Source: an uncultured delta proteobacterium (GTDB taxonomy: Bacteria > Desulfobacterota > Desulfuromonadia > Geobacterales > DSM-12255). From it: a DNA stretch of 64,000 bases. Both the position numbers and the translations under genes were made by a program. The notes under the pieces are model-generated. The model was not told the origin of the DNA. It worked only from the letters and a program-made list of their open reading frames with translations, and did not search any database. Shown in pieces: positions 1 to 9,447 of this stretch; position 1 is the first letter of the stretch; every line of letters starts with the position of its first letter. The DNA lies in contig CAWBBV010000007.1 in assembly GCA_963787125.1 (NCBI GenBank), positions 64,001-128,000 of the forward strand, in the 5' to 3' direction.

Positions 1-1087
1 GAATCGGCCCTTTCATTTTCTTACGGAGTTTGCGGACCGCCAAAAACTCAAGGATGCGCTCTTTTATTTTCTCAAGACAGTAATGATCCTCATCCAGAAT
101 CACCTGTGCCCTTTTGATATCAAGTGAGTCACGGGTAGATTTACTCCAGGGGATCTCCACCATCCAGTCAAGAAATGTTCTGAGCATGCCCGACTCTGCT
201 GAATCGGGGTGCATCTGCTCCAGTCTGCCCAACTGTTTCAGCGCTTCTTTTTCGATGGTTTTGGGCATTTTGGCAGCTTCGATAGCTTTCCTGATCTCTG
301 CAATCTCTTCCGAACGGGAGTCAGTTTCGCCAAGTTCCAGTTGTATCGCCCGAAGTTGCTCGCGCAGGTAATACTCCTTCTGGCTCTTGCCCATCTCCTC
401 TTTTGCGGCCGTCTGGATCTTGGCCTGCATCCCCAGCAGCTCATGTTCCTTTGCCAGAAATTCGTTTACCTTTGTCAGTCTTGCGACCGGATCGGTAATT
501 TCGAGAAGAGCCTGTGCTTCTTCAACCTTTAGGCCGATATTGCTGGAGACCAGATCCGCTAGGCTGCCGATATCCTGCATGTTCTCGACTATGACGATCA
601 CCTCAGGGGAGACCGGTTTCCCCAAGGCGATAATTTTATTTAGCTGATCCTTGACAGCCCTGACAAGCGCTTCAAGCTCCAGAGAATCCTCAGGCGGCGG
701 CGGCTCGGTAATCCGTTCTATATTGACCTCATAGCAGGGCTCAAGGCTTTCGAACGAGCTGATGCGTGCCTTGGCAAGGCCTTGCACCAGAATCTTTACC
801 CGCCCGTCAGGGAGCTTCAGCATCCGCATGATCATCGCCACTGTACCGACCTGATATATCGCCTCAGGCGCCGGATCCTCCTCACCAAGATCTTTCTGGG
901 TGGCAAGAAAAATCAGTCTGTCTCCGGCCAGAGCCTTGTCGACAGCGTTTATCGAAACTTCACGGCCTACAAAAAGCGGGAGGATCATGTATGGATAGAC
1001 AACTACATCCCTGACTGGTAGAAGCGGGAGTCGGTCCGGAATTTTCAGCTCATCACTCTCCTGTATCGCTTCCATTGCAATTTCCAT
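1..1087 (-). CDS. lon: ATP-dependent Lon protease, N-terminal part (runs off window start)
   Basis: Manual translation from ATG 1087 gives MEIAMEAIQESDELKIPDRLPLLPVRDVVVYPYMILPLFVGRE (LON N-domain); AGGAGAG RBS upstream; no stop seen in the segments translated. Confidence 0.93.
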   Translation of the reverse strand, partial: MEIAMEAIQESDELKIPDRLPLLPVRDVVVYPYMILPLFVGREVSINAVDKALAGDRLIFLATQKDLGEEDPAPEAIYQVGTVAMIMRMLKLPDGRVKILVQGLAKARISSFESLEPCYEVNIERITEPPPPEDSLELEALVRAVKDQLNKIIALGKPVSPEVIVIVENMQDIGSLADLVSSNIGLKVEEAQALLEITDPVARLTKVNEFLAKEHELLGMQAKIQTAAKEEMGKSQKEYYLREQLRAIQLELGETDSRSEEIAEIRKAIEAAKMPKTIEKEALKQLGRLEQMHPDSAESGMLRTFLDWMVEIPWSKSTRDSLDIKRAQVILDEDHYCLEKIKERILEFLAVRKLRKKMKGPI

Positions 1088-1142
1088 TGGTGCTCTCCTA
1101 AATAAGACAGTATTCAGTAGTCGGGTGTCAGTTGAAAGAACT

Positions 1143-1580
1143 TTACGCTGACATCTGGATGCTGACTCCTGACTCCTGATTTCTTCTTGCTATTTTTATC
1201 GATAGAACGCCCCGTTCACAGGACATTGATATCTTCTCGGGATCAAAATTGCTCGGGATCTCGATACTCCGTGAAAAACGACCAAAGTGCCGTTCAAGGC
1301 AGATATAACTCATTGCAGAGTCAATTCTTTCCTGACGCTTTACCCCTTCAAGGCGGATTGTCGACCCAATTGTTGTGATGGTAAAATCGTTTTCAGAAAA
1401 ACCGGGGAGATCAACTTCAATTACATACTGTGAGGCTGATTCGCAAATGTCCATATACGGCGAAAATTCATGCTGAACAGAGCCCTGCTCCTTCAAACGG
1501 AACATGTAATTGAACATCTCGTCCATATGTTGCCTGAACATTGACAAGCAGTCAGCGTCATCGTTTGGTTGAAATGCCAT
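1143..1580 (-). CDS. Hsp20/alpha-crystallin small heat shock protein
   Basis: P-x-x-D-I-x-E...VDLPG...ERHFGRFSRSIEIP...GVLSI motifs; start moved to MAFQP (1580), which has a GGAGGGG RBS. Confidence 0.92.
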   Translation of the reverse strand: MAFQPNDDADCLSMFRQHMDEMFNYMFRLKEQGSVQHEFSPYMDICESASQYVIEVDLPGFSENDFTITTIGSTIRLEGVKRQERIDSAMSYICLERHFGRFSRSIEIPSNFDPEKISMSCERGVLSIKIARRNQESGVSIQMSA

Positions 1581-1614
1581 AGTCCCCCTCCGGCAGATTT
1601 TCACCTAGTATACC

Positions 1615-1631
1615 AGATGATTTAATCATCT
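1615..1631. promoter_or_regulatory. Perfect palindrome AGATGATT-T-AATCATCT upstream of hsp20-lon, candidate operator
   Basis: 8-bp inverted repeat seen directly; overlaps a possible TTGACT-N17-TAAATC promoter on the minus strand. Confidence 0.35.
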
Positions 1632-1803
1632 TTGTCTTGAAAGTCAAGCCATTCCGCCGGATGTCAAAGGGCGTAGAACTGTAATTTATTGAACTTTTCA
1701 GCCCGTCAGTGTATGATTCGGAACTTTAAATGGCAACAGTCCGCAATTTTGAGCAGTTAAGCTGTTTTATTCATGTAACTAGACCCTATGAAGGAACCTA
1801 TAT

Positions 1804-3690
1804 ATGAAAAAGATCATTCCGTTTCTGCTAATAGCTGCGCTTACGTCCGGTTTTACATGGGGGAAAAGCTCTTCTGACAAGTGCGACGAAGCAAAGCAAC
1901 TGGCATTTGGGCTTACATCATTAACCGACAGGGGAAGTCGGCTCGAAGCAGAGGCTGCAATCCGCCAGCTCTGTCTTGACGGTGCAGCTGGTCTTTTTGT
2001 CAAAGGGTATGCTTTTGAAGTAGCCGGAAACCTTGAAAAAGCGCTGCTGTCATACAGGGAGGCGCTGCGGCTGGATCCGGAGTTCGCTCCGGCAAACGGC
2101 AGGGCGGGGCTGATCCTTCTTGAAAACAGGCGCGATGATGAAGCGGCTATTGAGCTGACAAAAGCGATGAAGCTCCATGCTGATGCTCTCTACAATAAGG
2201 GGCTGGCAAAAATTTTCACGGGGAGAAAGCTGTATTCACTGGCTATCTTCCACTACCAGGAGGCGATCAAGAGCTTCCCCTCCGATGCCACCCTTTTTTC
2301 AGGAATCGCCCAGGTTTATCGTGATACCGGCGAAATACTGAAAGCAGAAGAGGCTTACCGGCGGGCACTTGCTTTAAATCCCGGCAACAGGGAGTCACAT
2401 CTTGGTTTGGCAGCTATTTATACCGATTCCAGTCAGTACGATAAGGCTCTTGACCAACTCAAGAAAGCAGAAGTGTCTACACCGCTCGACAAGGATATTC
2501 ACCGTCTGATGGCAGAAATCTACCTTAAAAAGGGAGACGGTGCCAATGCCGAATCAGAGTCGATCCTTGCCGGAATTCAGCCCAAAAAGATCGAGTTGAA
2601 AACAGCTGATGGTGACCTTTTCTTTGCCGCCAGAGAATTTGAAAAGGCCGCAGCTGCATATCGAACAGAAATTGCAGCGGATCCTGAAAATAGAGATCTG
2701 CGCCGTAAACTTGGCAACACTCTTATGCTTGCCGGTCATGAAGATGACGCAATCCTGGCTTATAAAGAGGCGCTGCGACTAAAAGCCGAAGGCCAGGAGA
2801 TTCATTACAATCTTGGCCTTCTTTATGAGAATAAGGGGCTGCATGATGAAGCTGTGGTCGAGTATAAACAGGCGCTGAAATCTGGCGAGAATGTTGATGT
2901 ACGGTACCGTCTGGCTGATATTTATACCAAAAGAGGCAGCCTGCAGCAGGCGATCGAACAGTACAGAATACTGCTAAACGCAACTCCTGCAGACCAGGCG
3001 CTCCTTTTGAAGCTTGCCAAGGCTTACACTCTGGCCGGTAATCAGAAAGAAGCTATAGCTACTTACAAGGAGATGGTTCGGGTAAACTCCGACCATCTGG
3101 ACGCTCACCGCGAACTGGCGGCTCTTTATAAAAAAGGTAACATGCAGGATGAAACTGAAAATGAGTATCGTGAGATATTGCGCCATAAAAAAGATGATAT
3201 GGAGACGCGCAACGCTCTCACTTCAATTTATGTCCGGAAGAAAAGCTATGATGAACTTGTAGCCCTGCTTAAAGAGAGTGTGGCGATGGCTCCACAGGAC
3301 TCGGCCCAACTGTACAAACTTGGTCTTGTTTATGAGTTCCAGAAGGATTACGTTAATGCCGCTGCCAGCTATGAAGAGGCGATCAAGCTGAAGGAAGATA
3401 ATGCCAAGGTCCTCAATGCGCTTGGCCGGATCAACATGAAGACCGGGCATATCAAGGAGGCCAAAGAGTATCTGGAGAAAGCAAAGGCTGCTGATCCGAA
3501 TATGGAAGAGGCTACCCTGTTGCTCAATAACATCCGGGATGAGCTGGCACCGGATCCGTCGAAATACAAGAAGAGCAAAAAAGGCAAAAAGAGTAAAAAA
3601 AGCAAATCATCCAAAAAAAGTACCAAAAAGAGCAGCGCAAAAACCACTAAAAAACCGGCTGCAAAAGCCGCTTCCGGAGCGGGGCAATAA
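1804..3690 (+). CDS. Exported tetratricopeptide-repeat protein with Lys-rich C-terminal tail
   Basis: Signal-peptide-like N-terminus, many TPR units (e.g. A..Y.EAL.L.P, HYNLGLLY), KKSKKGKK tail. Confidence 0.88.
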   Translation: MKKIIPFLLIAALTSGFTWGKSSSDKCDEAKQLAFGLTSLTDRGSRLEAEAAIRQLCLDGAAGLFVKGYAFEVAGNLEKALLSYREALRLDPEFAPANGRAGLILLENRRDDEAAIELTKAMKLHADALYNKGLAKIFTGRKLYSLAIFHYQEAIKSFPSDATLFSGIAQVYRDTGEILKAEEAYRRALALNPGNRESHLGLAAIYTDSSQYDKALDQLKKAEVSTPLDKDIHRLMAEIYLKKGDGANAESESILAGIQPKKIELKTADGDLFFAAREFEKAAAAYRTEIAADPENRDLRRKLGNTLMLAGHEDDAILAYKEALRLKAEGQEIHYNLGLLYENKGLHDEAVVEYKQALKSGENVDVRYRLADIYTKRGSLQQAIEQYRILLNATPADQALLLKLAKAYTLAGNQKEAIATYKEMVRVNSDHLDAHRELAALYKKGNMQDETENEYREILRHKKDDMETRNALTSIYVRKKSYDELVALLKESVAMAPQDSAQLYKLGLVYEFQKDYVNAAASYEEAIKLKEDNAKVLNALGRINMKTGHIKEAKEYLEKAKAADPNMEEATLLLNNIRDELAPDPSKYKKSKKGKKSKKSKSSKKSTKKSSAKTTKKPAAKAASGAGQ

Positions 3691-3740
3691 CTGTACTGAA
3701 TATTTATCGCTAGCTAAGACATCCGCGCGAGGGCTGCCCA

Positions 3741-5597
3741 ATGAAAATTGAAACTCTTATGCAGCAAGCCTGTCAAAAGTTTGCCAATAGACCTGCTTTA
3801 AGGCAAAAAGTCGGCGAAGTTTGGCAAGAGACCACCTATGGGCTGCTCTGGACAGCTTCGGACCGGATTGCGGCGGGGCTGGTACGCGAAGGATTCAAGC
3901 CGGGTGAACATGCGGCCATCCTGGCGCCTTCGTCAACGCGCTGGGTTATTGTCTATCTTGGTATCCTTAAAGCCGGTGGCGTAGTGGTGCCGGTGGACAA
4001 GGAGCTTAAAAGCGCTGAATTGCGCCATGTGTTGGGTGACTGCGATGCCAGGGTGCTCTTCACCGATCAGCCCTACCTCGATACAATTCTGGAGATTGCC
4101 GGTGCCTTGCCGCTGCTCGGCAAGATCGTTACCCTGCACCCCTCCAACAGTGAAGGTGGCATTGATCCGCGAATAGCCCGGGCTGTTGAGGCATTGATCG
4201 AAGAGTGGCAAGGTTTTGTAGCCACCACCGGTATCACTCCGGAGCGAGTTTCCCGCCTGGAGACTCTTGCCAGCAGCGTTCATAGGTCGCTGCTTACCTC
4301 CGGTAAAAACAGAACCGAACAGAGCGCGCCTGACGATCTCTTTTCCCGTGCCAGGCTGCTGCGCAAAGATCTGGCCAAGCAAGGCCGGCTTTTCCCTTAT
4401 GAGGCGCTGGAATACGAGGCGCCACTCCCGCCCAACAACCGCACTACTGACGACATCGCTGTCATTCTTTACACCTCCGGCACCACCGGTCGCTCCAAAG
4501 GGGCAATGCTGAGTCACGGCAATATAGTCTCCAATATCCTCGGGACTTCGACACATTTCGGCTTGACTGATACGATCCATACCCTCTCGTTTCTGCCGAT
4601 AAATCACGTCTTTGAACAGGTCTGCGGTGTTTTTACCCCCCTGTCGCTTGGTGGTAAAGTTTCGTTTTGCGAATCACTCAAAAAGCTCGGCGAGAATCTT
4701 AAAGAGGTGCAACCAACCTTTTTCCTCGGTGTTCCGGCTGTCTATCGCATGCTTTTTGATCGGATCATGAAGAACATCGGCGCTAAAACCATCTCCCAGC
4801 TCCTTTTTTCTTTTCCCATCACCCGGCCGCTCATTACTGCCAAAATCAGGCAGACTTTCGGCTCCGGCACTATTTTTATCAGCGGTGGTGCGGCTCTCGA
4901 TCCGGCTATTGCCTCAGGCCTCACGACCCTTGGTTTTAAAATCTATCAAGGATATGGAATCACCGAGACAGCACCGGTTGTCAGCGCCGAATCTCCTGGT
5001 CGCCAATGTGTCGGCACTGTTGGTCATACGCTCCCCGGGGTGGAGATCCGTATCGACGATCCGAACGAAGAAGGGATCGGCGAAATGATTGTCAAAGGGC
5101 CGAATGTCATGCACGGCTATTACAAAAATCCTCTGGCTACCGCCGAAGTGTTGACAGATGGCTGGTATCGTACCGGTGACCTTGGTCGCATCGACAGTTC
5201 GGGCTACGTTACCATCTGTGGTCGGGTGAAAAACCTGATTGTCACTCCCAACGGCAAGAATGTTTATCCTGAAGAAGTTGAGATTGAACTGCTCAAGAGC
5301 CGCTTCATTGCCGAGGTAATGGTTTACGGTCATAAGGTGGGTGCTGCCGAGGACGTGCACGCGATTATCTACCCGAATCAGGAAGCAATGGATGACTACA
5401 TCCGCAGTAAAGACGCAGCTCCAATGACGGTTGCCGATGTTCAGGCGCTTATTCGTACAGAGGTTCATGCCGCCTGCAACAGCCTGGCCGACTACAAGCG
5501 GATCAAGAAGTTCACGATCCGCGAGGATGAATTCCCCAAGACGACAACTCGCAAGATCAAGCGGTTTGAAGTCGGGGCGACTGTTTCGATGCATTAG
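3741..5597 (+). CDS. fadD: Long-chain fatty acid-CoA ligase (AMP-binding enzyme)
   Basis: YTSGTTGRSKG, QGYGITET, GWYRTGDLG, GRVKNLI, PKTTTRKIKR motifs. Confidence 0.9.
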   Translation: MKIETLMQQACQKFANRPALRQKVGEVWQETTYGLLWTASDRIAAGLVREGFKPGEHAAILAPSSTRWVIVYLGILKAGGVVVPVDKELKSAELRHVLGDCDARVLFTDQPYLDTILEIAGALPLLGKIVTLHPSNSEGGIDPRIARAVEALIEEWQGFVATTGITPERVSRLETLASSVHRSLLTSGKNRTEQSAPDDLFSRARLLRKDLAKQGRLFPYEALEYEAPLPPNNRTTDDIAVILYTSGTTGRSKGAMLSHGNIVSNILGTSTHFGLTDTIHTLSFLPINHVFEQVCGVFTPLSLGGKVSFCESLKKLGENLKEVQPTFFLGVPAVYRMLFDRIMKNIGAKTISQLLFSFPITRPLITAKIRQTFGSGTIFISGGAALDPAIASGLTTLGFKIYQGYGITETAPVVSAESPGRQCVGTVGHTLPGVEIRIDDPNEEGIGEMIVKGPNVMHGYYKNPLATAEVLTDGWYRTGDLGRIDSSGYVTICGRVKNLIVTPNGKNVYPEEVEIELLKSRFIAEVMVYGHKVGAAEDVHAIIYPNQEAMDDYIRSKDAAPMTVADVQALIRTEVHAACNSLADYKRIKKFTIREDEFPKTTTRKIKRFEVGATVSMH

Positions 5598-5639
5598 GGT
5601 CCGGCTTTTCTGATATCTGCAGTGAGACCGCCGGGGTTT

Positions 5640-6662
5640 TTAGAAGCTCTGGCGGTCTTTTGTCTGATGACTTATCTTATAACGCTCTCCAAGTCTCTGA
5701 GCCAGTTCCGCAAACTCTTGCCGTAAAGCTTGCGGGGCATGAACTTCCACTCTGTCACCGAAACCCCGTAACCACCAGCGCAGCTGCAATGAATCGTCAA
5801 CCGTTGCCGTCACTTCGAAACTGCCATCCTCTCGTCCATCGATTGTCTGATTCGCTGCAATCGGAGCCTCTGCAAGTCTCTGTATGTCGGCAGCCCGCTC
5901 AAATCTGACTCTCAGGCAAATCTTGCCACCAAGTGGAAACTTCATCTCTCTGGCAATATAATCGTCCAGATTGAAGCCTTGCGGCAGAGTCACTGTTTTA
6001 TCCAACAAGATAACGTTTTTGATCCGGTGCAGTAGCAGCAGTACCGGGTCAGCGTGCTCATTCAGCGAAGCAACCAGATAGGTCAAGCCTTCCACGAAGA
6101 CCATCCCCAACGGATTTACTTCATGCTCCTTGTTCTTCCCGCCAACTGTCCGATATTTCGCAATAAAACGCCGCTCTTCTAAGAGAGCCGTATACACAGA
6201 CTCGGAAATCTCTTCAGGAACTTGCGGTGGAATAATTGCGAGGTTGCGTGATACCACCTTCACTTTGTCAGGCCAGCGGGAAAGACTTGAATCACTGCAC
6301 TGTTTCAGGCGCTCATCTGCACTTTTGATATACGGCTTGAGTGCCGTCAGGACCCCGTGGGGCAGCATCTGGCCGACATGTTTTTCCGCCAGTTTGAAGG
6401 TAAGCGCTGCCACAGGATCCATGTTGGGAATATCGAAAGCTGCAGCGTCCTTGCTCCAACTCCAGCCTGCCGGGCGGTTGTTGTCACGACTCAGGGGAAA
6501 TAGTCTGGAAAGCTCATTCAGGTCACGCTGAATGGTTCGAATATCAGGTGCAACGCCATCATCCGACTGTAGTCGGTCAAGAATGTCTTTAGTTGAAATG
6601 CGTCTGTGGCGAGAGAACATGCGCAGAATTAACCATTGGCGGTAGATTGTTTCCATTATCAT
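5640..6662 (-). CDS. WYL-domain transcriptional regulator (wHTH-WYL-WCX; BrxR/CapW/DriD-like)
   Basis: N-terminal wHTH (DIRTIQRDLNELS), WYL core (VNPLGMVFVEGLTYLVA...LLHRI), C-terminal WCX (LRWWLRGFGDRVEVHAPQALR). Confidence 0.93.
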   Translation of the reverse strand: MIMETIYRQWLILRMFSRHRRISTKDILDRLQSDDGVAPDIRTIQRDLNELSRLFPLSRDNNRPAGWSWSKDAAAFDIPNMDPVAALTFKLAEKHVGQMLPHGVLTALKPYIKSADERLKQCSDSSLSRWPDKVKVVSRNLAIIPPQVPEEISESVYTALLEERRFIAKYRTVGGKNKEHEVNPLGMVFVEGLTYLVASLNEHADPVLLLLHRIKNVILLDKTVTLPQGFNLDDYIAREMKFPLGGKICLRVRFERAADIQRLAEAPIAANQTIDGREDGSFEVTATVDDSLQLRWWLRGFGDRVEVHAPQALRQEFAELAQRLGERYKISHQTKDRQSF

Positions 6663-6685
6663 AACTCCATAGTGATGTTTTTAGG

Positions 6686-6717
6686 CGACGTATTATGTCG
6701 TTTTATTGGAGTATATT
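6686..6717 (+). promoter_or_regulatory. Putative WYL-regulator site CGAC-N7-GTCG plus -10 (TATATT) 11 bp downstream
   Basis: CGAC 6686-6689, GTCG 6697-6700, TATATT 6712-6717; the same geometry recurs at 19475-19506. Confidence 0.65.
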
Positions 6718-6921
6718 GAATAAAACCGGATTTGCAACGACTATCATTATCAGCAAAAAGGACCTGGTAAATGTCCAGACATGAATCCATGGGTGAACGG
6801 AAGAACTGTTTTTTTGAATGCTAATGAAAGCAAATCAAGTTAGAAAGGATCACAGAATAATGACCCTCAGCAGAGTTATCATACCGGATGTAAAAAACTA
6901 CAGCACCAAAGGGGAGAGACT

Positions 6922-7617
6922 ATGCAACTAACTGACGATGAAATGCTTCTTTTACAGCAGGCCTGCGATAAGCTGGATGACGGTGGAGATTATAGAGGGA
7001 AGAATTTCATTGATAACCTGATGATCACCGTACTTGATTTTCAGATGAATGTAAAAACCGTGAAAAAAGCACGCTATTACTTTATGGAGAAATATCCTGC
7101 CATAATAGAAAATCACGACAGTTCACTCCCTGAGCTTAAGCGCATTCTTGAAAAATATCCCGACAGCAGAGAAGACAACCTGGAGCTGGCCCATGATCTC
7201 TGGGATAACAACCACTGGTCGCGGGCTAAATTTCTCCGCAAACTGATAGAATGCCTTGAGGACAGAGGCGTACATGACCAGGCAACTCTTGTGGCATGGG
7301 CGAAGAGCGCTGACTTTGAAGAAGAGGTAAAAGGACAAATTAAAACCGAAGAACACAGCATGGGGATCGCAATCTTCAAATGGTTACAACTGCGCTGTGG
7401 CGTTGATACCGTGAAGCCGGATGTTCATATCCTCAATTTTATCCATAAAGCTGTCGGTCGAAAAGTTACCCCTGAAGTTGCTGTTGAGGTTTTGGAGAAA
7501 ATTGCCGAAAACTCAAACCGTAAACCAAATTTACTGGATGCGGCGATTTGGAAACTGGGGAGGGATACTCCGAGGAAAAAGAAGAAAAAACGGAAGAGCC
7601 CGAAGAAAAAACGGTAG
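6922..7617 (+). CDS. Hypothetical protein resembling HhH-GPD superfamily DNA glycosylases
   Basis: MGIAIFKWLQLRCGVDTVKPDVHI (degenerate HhH followed by K-P-D-x-H) and C-terminal LLDAAIW; GGGGAG RBS; polybasic tail. Confidence 0.55.
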   Translation: MQLTDDEMLLLQQACDKLDDGGDYRGKNFIDNLMITVLDFQMNVKTVKKARYYFMEKYPAIIENHDSSLPELKRILEKYPDSREDNLELAHDLWDNNHWSRAKFLRKLIECLEDRGVHDQATLVAWAKSADFEEEVKGQIKTEEHSMGIAIFKWLQLRCGVDTVKPDVHILNFIHKAVGRKVTPEVAVEVLEKIAENSNRKPNLLDAAIWKLGRDTPRKKKKKRKSPKKKR

Positions 7618-7654
7618 ACTTGCACTGAAGCAGTTCGATTTGGGCTGGGTTAAT

Positions 7655-7706
7655 AAGAGTCAGGGTGACGCGGCGTGGCAGGCCACAGCATCACCCTGAC
7701 TCTTTT
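7655..7706. terminator. Hairpin between convergent genes, likely intrinsic terminator
   Basis: AAGAGTCAGGGTGA (7655-7668) / TCACCCTGACTCTT (7691-7704) inverted repeat ending in a T run. Confidence 0.65.
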
Positions 7707-7733
7707 CATTCTATGAGCTGCGCTGTTATCGCG

Positions 7734-8519
7734 TTAAACTTCCACCCAGGACGCTGCATCACAGATTTGGAAAACCTTGCCATCCTGCACATGGCAGACA
7801 CCTGCCCAGCCTGCACTTCTTCTTGGCGACATCTCTTCACCAGCCCGGACCGGCACCTTTGCCTGGCGGAATAACGACTCAAGAAAGCTTAAAAAACCGG
7901 CCCCGAAGCCGAATGGCACAACATACACAGAACGCATGAAACCATTGCCGAAATTGCACGATTCTGTGCGCCATTTCCAGATTGTCGCCGGCCCACGGAG
8001 CCCTTTGTCCGCAAGCCACTGTTGCGCCGCAAGGAACATAGTGTCTTCAAAAGAGCCGATATAAGGGAGTCTGTCGACATTCACCTCAAGGCTGGGGAAT
8101 GTGCCTTGTTCCATAACCATGGCAGGAGTCGGAATTTCAACCTTTTCGGGCTCTTCCATGTCGACCTCTTCGGGCTCCTCCACCGGAGCAGTGGCCACTA
8201 TCGGCTCAACCAGTACGACAGTAGCCGCTGGGGCGGTAGTTCTTGTTCTGCGCTGCCGAAAGTTTTTCAGATGTTTTCCGCCGTTGACCTGATTCCCCTC
8301 TCCATCAAAAGCGACAAGCGCAAAGTCCGGATAATTGGGGGTAAAGCGGACTTTTATCCAGGCCGCCAGTGTCAGCGAACCGTCAGCAGCCTTGGTGAAG
8401 GGGTAGTCGCTAAAGCCGCCCTTATCTGCTCTGACCTTATTTCCCGCTGCATTATAAAGTTTTACGCTGAAGCGCTCTACCTGTTCAATCTGCTGTTCCA
8501 GTTCCCGGCATGTACCCAT
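7734..8519 (-). CDS. Hypothetical two-domain protein (261 aa), in frame with an upstream start-less copy of the hsdS 3' end
   Basis: GGAGG RBS 9 nt before ATG 8519 (MGTCRELEQQI); the frame stays open upstream through a low-complexity linker into HsdS C-terminal sequence. Confidence 0.7.
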   Translation of the reverse strand: MGTCRELEQQIEQVERFSVKLYNAAGNKVRADKGGFSDYPFTKAADGSLTLAAWIKVRFTPNYPDFALVAFDGEGNQVNGGKHLKNFRQRRTRTTAPAATVVLVEPIVATAPVEEPEEVDMEEPEKVEIPTPAMVMEQGTFPSLEVNVDRLPYIGSFEDTMFLAAQQWLADKGLRGPATIWKWRTESCNFGNGFMRSVYVVPFGFGAGFLSFLESLFRQAKVPVRAGEEMSPRRSAGWAGVCHVQDGKVFQICDAASWVEV

Positions 8520-8675
8520 GATTGTTTTCCTCCCTGGTTGTACTGCTGCAGGTGCAGCAGCTGTCGATTCCGGCGCTGAAGTTTTCTGCTCCGCCGGTTG
8601 CAGCTGATCCGGCTCAGCCTGCTTTGGCAAGCTACCCTTCTTCCCCGAAGATATCTTAATTGTCCGACCTGATTT

Positions 8676-8864
8676 GATCCGCTCCAGCAGCACCGCCGCC
8701 GGTTCGTCGCTGGGGTTCTGGGGCACCAATTCACCGCGAAAAGCCTTGGCGAGGATGGATTGGGTGAGCTTGTCTACGTGGGTCTTGGCGGTCCGGTAGC
8801 GGGCTTCCAGTTGGTCGGCCAGGGTGAAGAAGGATTCGACCCGGCGGACGATTTCTTGTTGTTC
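8676..8864. repeat. Direct repeat copy A: duplicate of the hsdS 3' conserved region (189 bp)
   Basis: Aligns without gaps to 10694-10882; 13 mismatches by manual count. Confidence 0.95.
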
Positions 8865-8883
8865 GGGGAGAAAGTATAATTGA

Positions 8884-9447
8884 TCAACCCGGAAACACTT
8901 CTTTGAACAACCGCTTGTAATCGGCCTTGAATTCCTTGGGGCGGTCGTTCTGGTAGATCAAATACCCGGCAATCTCCCGCACCTTGGCCATTTCGATATG
9001 ACCACATTCCAGCATCAACCTCAGCAAATCTAGCGTCTTGAACGTTTTGACATCAAAATCATTTGCCAGCGCCAGCATATCGGTATCGTCAGTGACAACC
9101 GGCAATCCAATAACGTAGGCATGGGCAAGCACAGTGACATCCACCCGCGACACCGTGGGGTATGCAGTTCTCTTGTGGTCAAACATGAAGTCGAACGCCT
9201 GCTCGATTTCATTTCTCTCTTGCTTGGATAGTTGCACACGGTGTGAGCGGTTTTCTGTGTATTCCGGGTCATTAACCCATGGAAACTTGTTTCGCAGGCG
9301 GGGACTTTTGTTGTACTCGTCCTGTAGCTCCTTGATTACATACAGGCAGTAGGGCGGTGCGCCGAACTCCGTTTTGAGCAGGGGGCGGATGCTTTGCGCC
9401 AGGCGGAAATAGGTGTTGGTATCGACAAGGATCTTACTTTGCGCCAC
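8884..9447 (-). CDS. PIN-domain protein (putative RNase toxin) paired with ImmA/IrrE protein
   Basis: KILVDTN N-terminal PIN motif, E, D and VVTDD acidic residues; GTG start overlaps the upstream gene. Confidence 0.75.
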   Translation of the reverse strand: MAQSKILVDTNTYFRLAQSIRPLLKTEFGAPPYCLYVIKELQDEYNKSPRLRNKFPWVNDPEYTENRSHRVQLSKQERNEIEQAFDFMFDHKRTAYPTVSRVDVTVLAHAYVIGLPVVTDDTDMLALANDFDVKTFKTLDLLRLMLECGHIEMAKVREIAGYLIYQNDRPKEFKADYKRLFKEVFPG

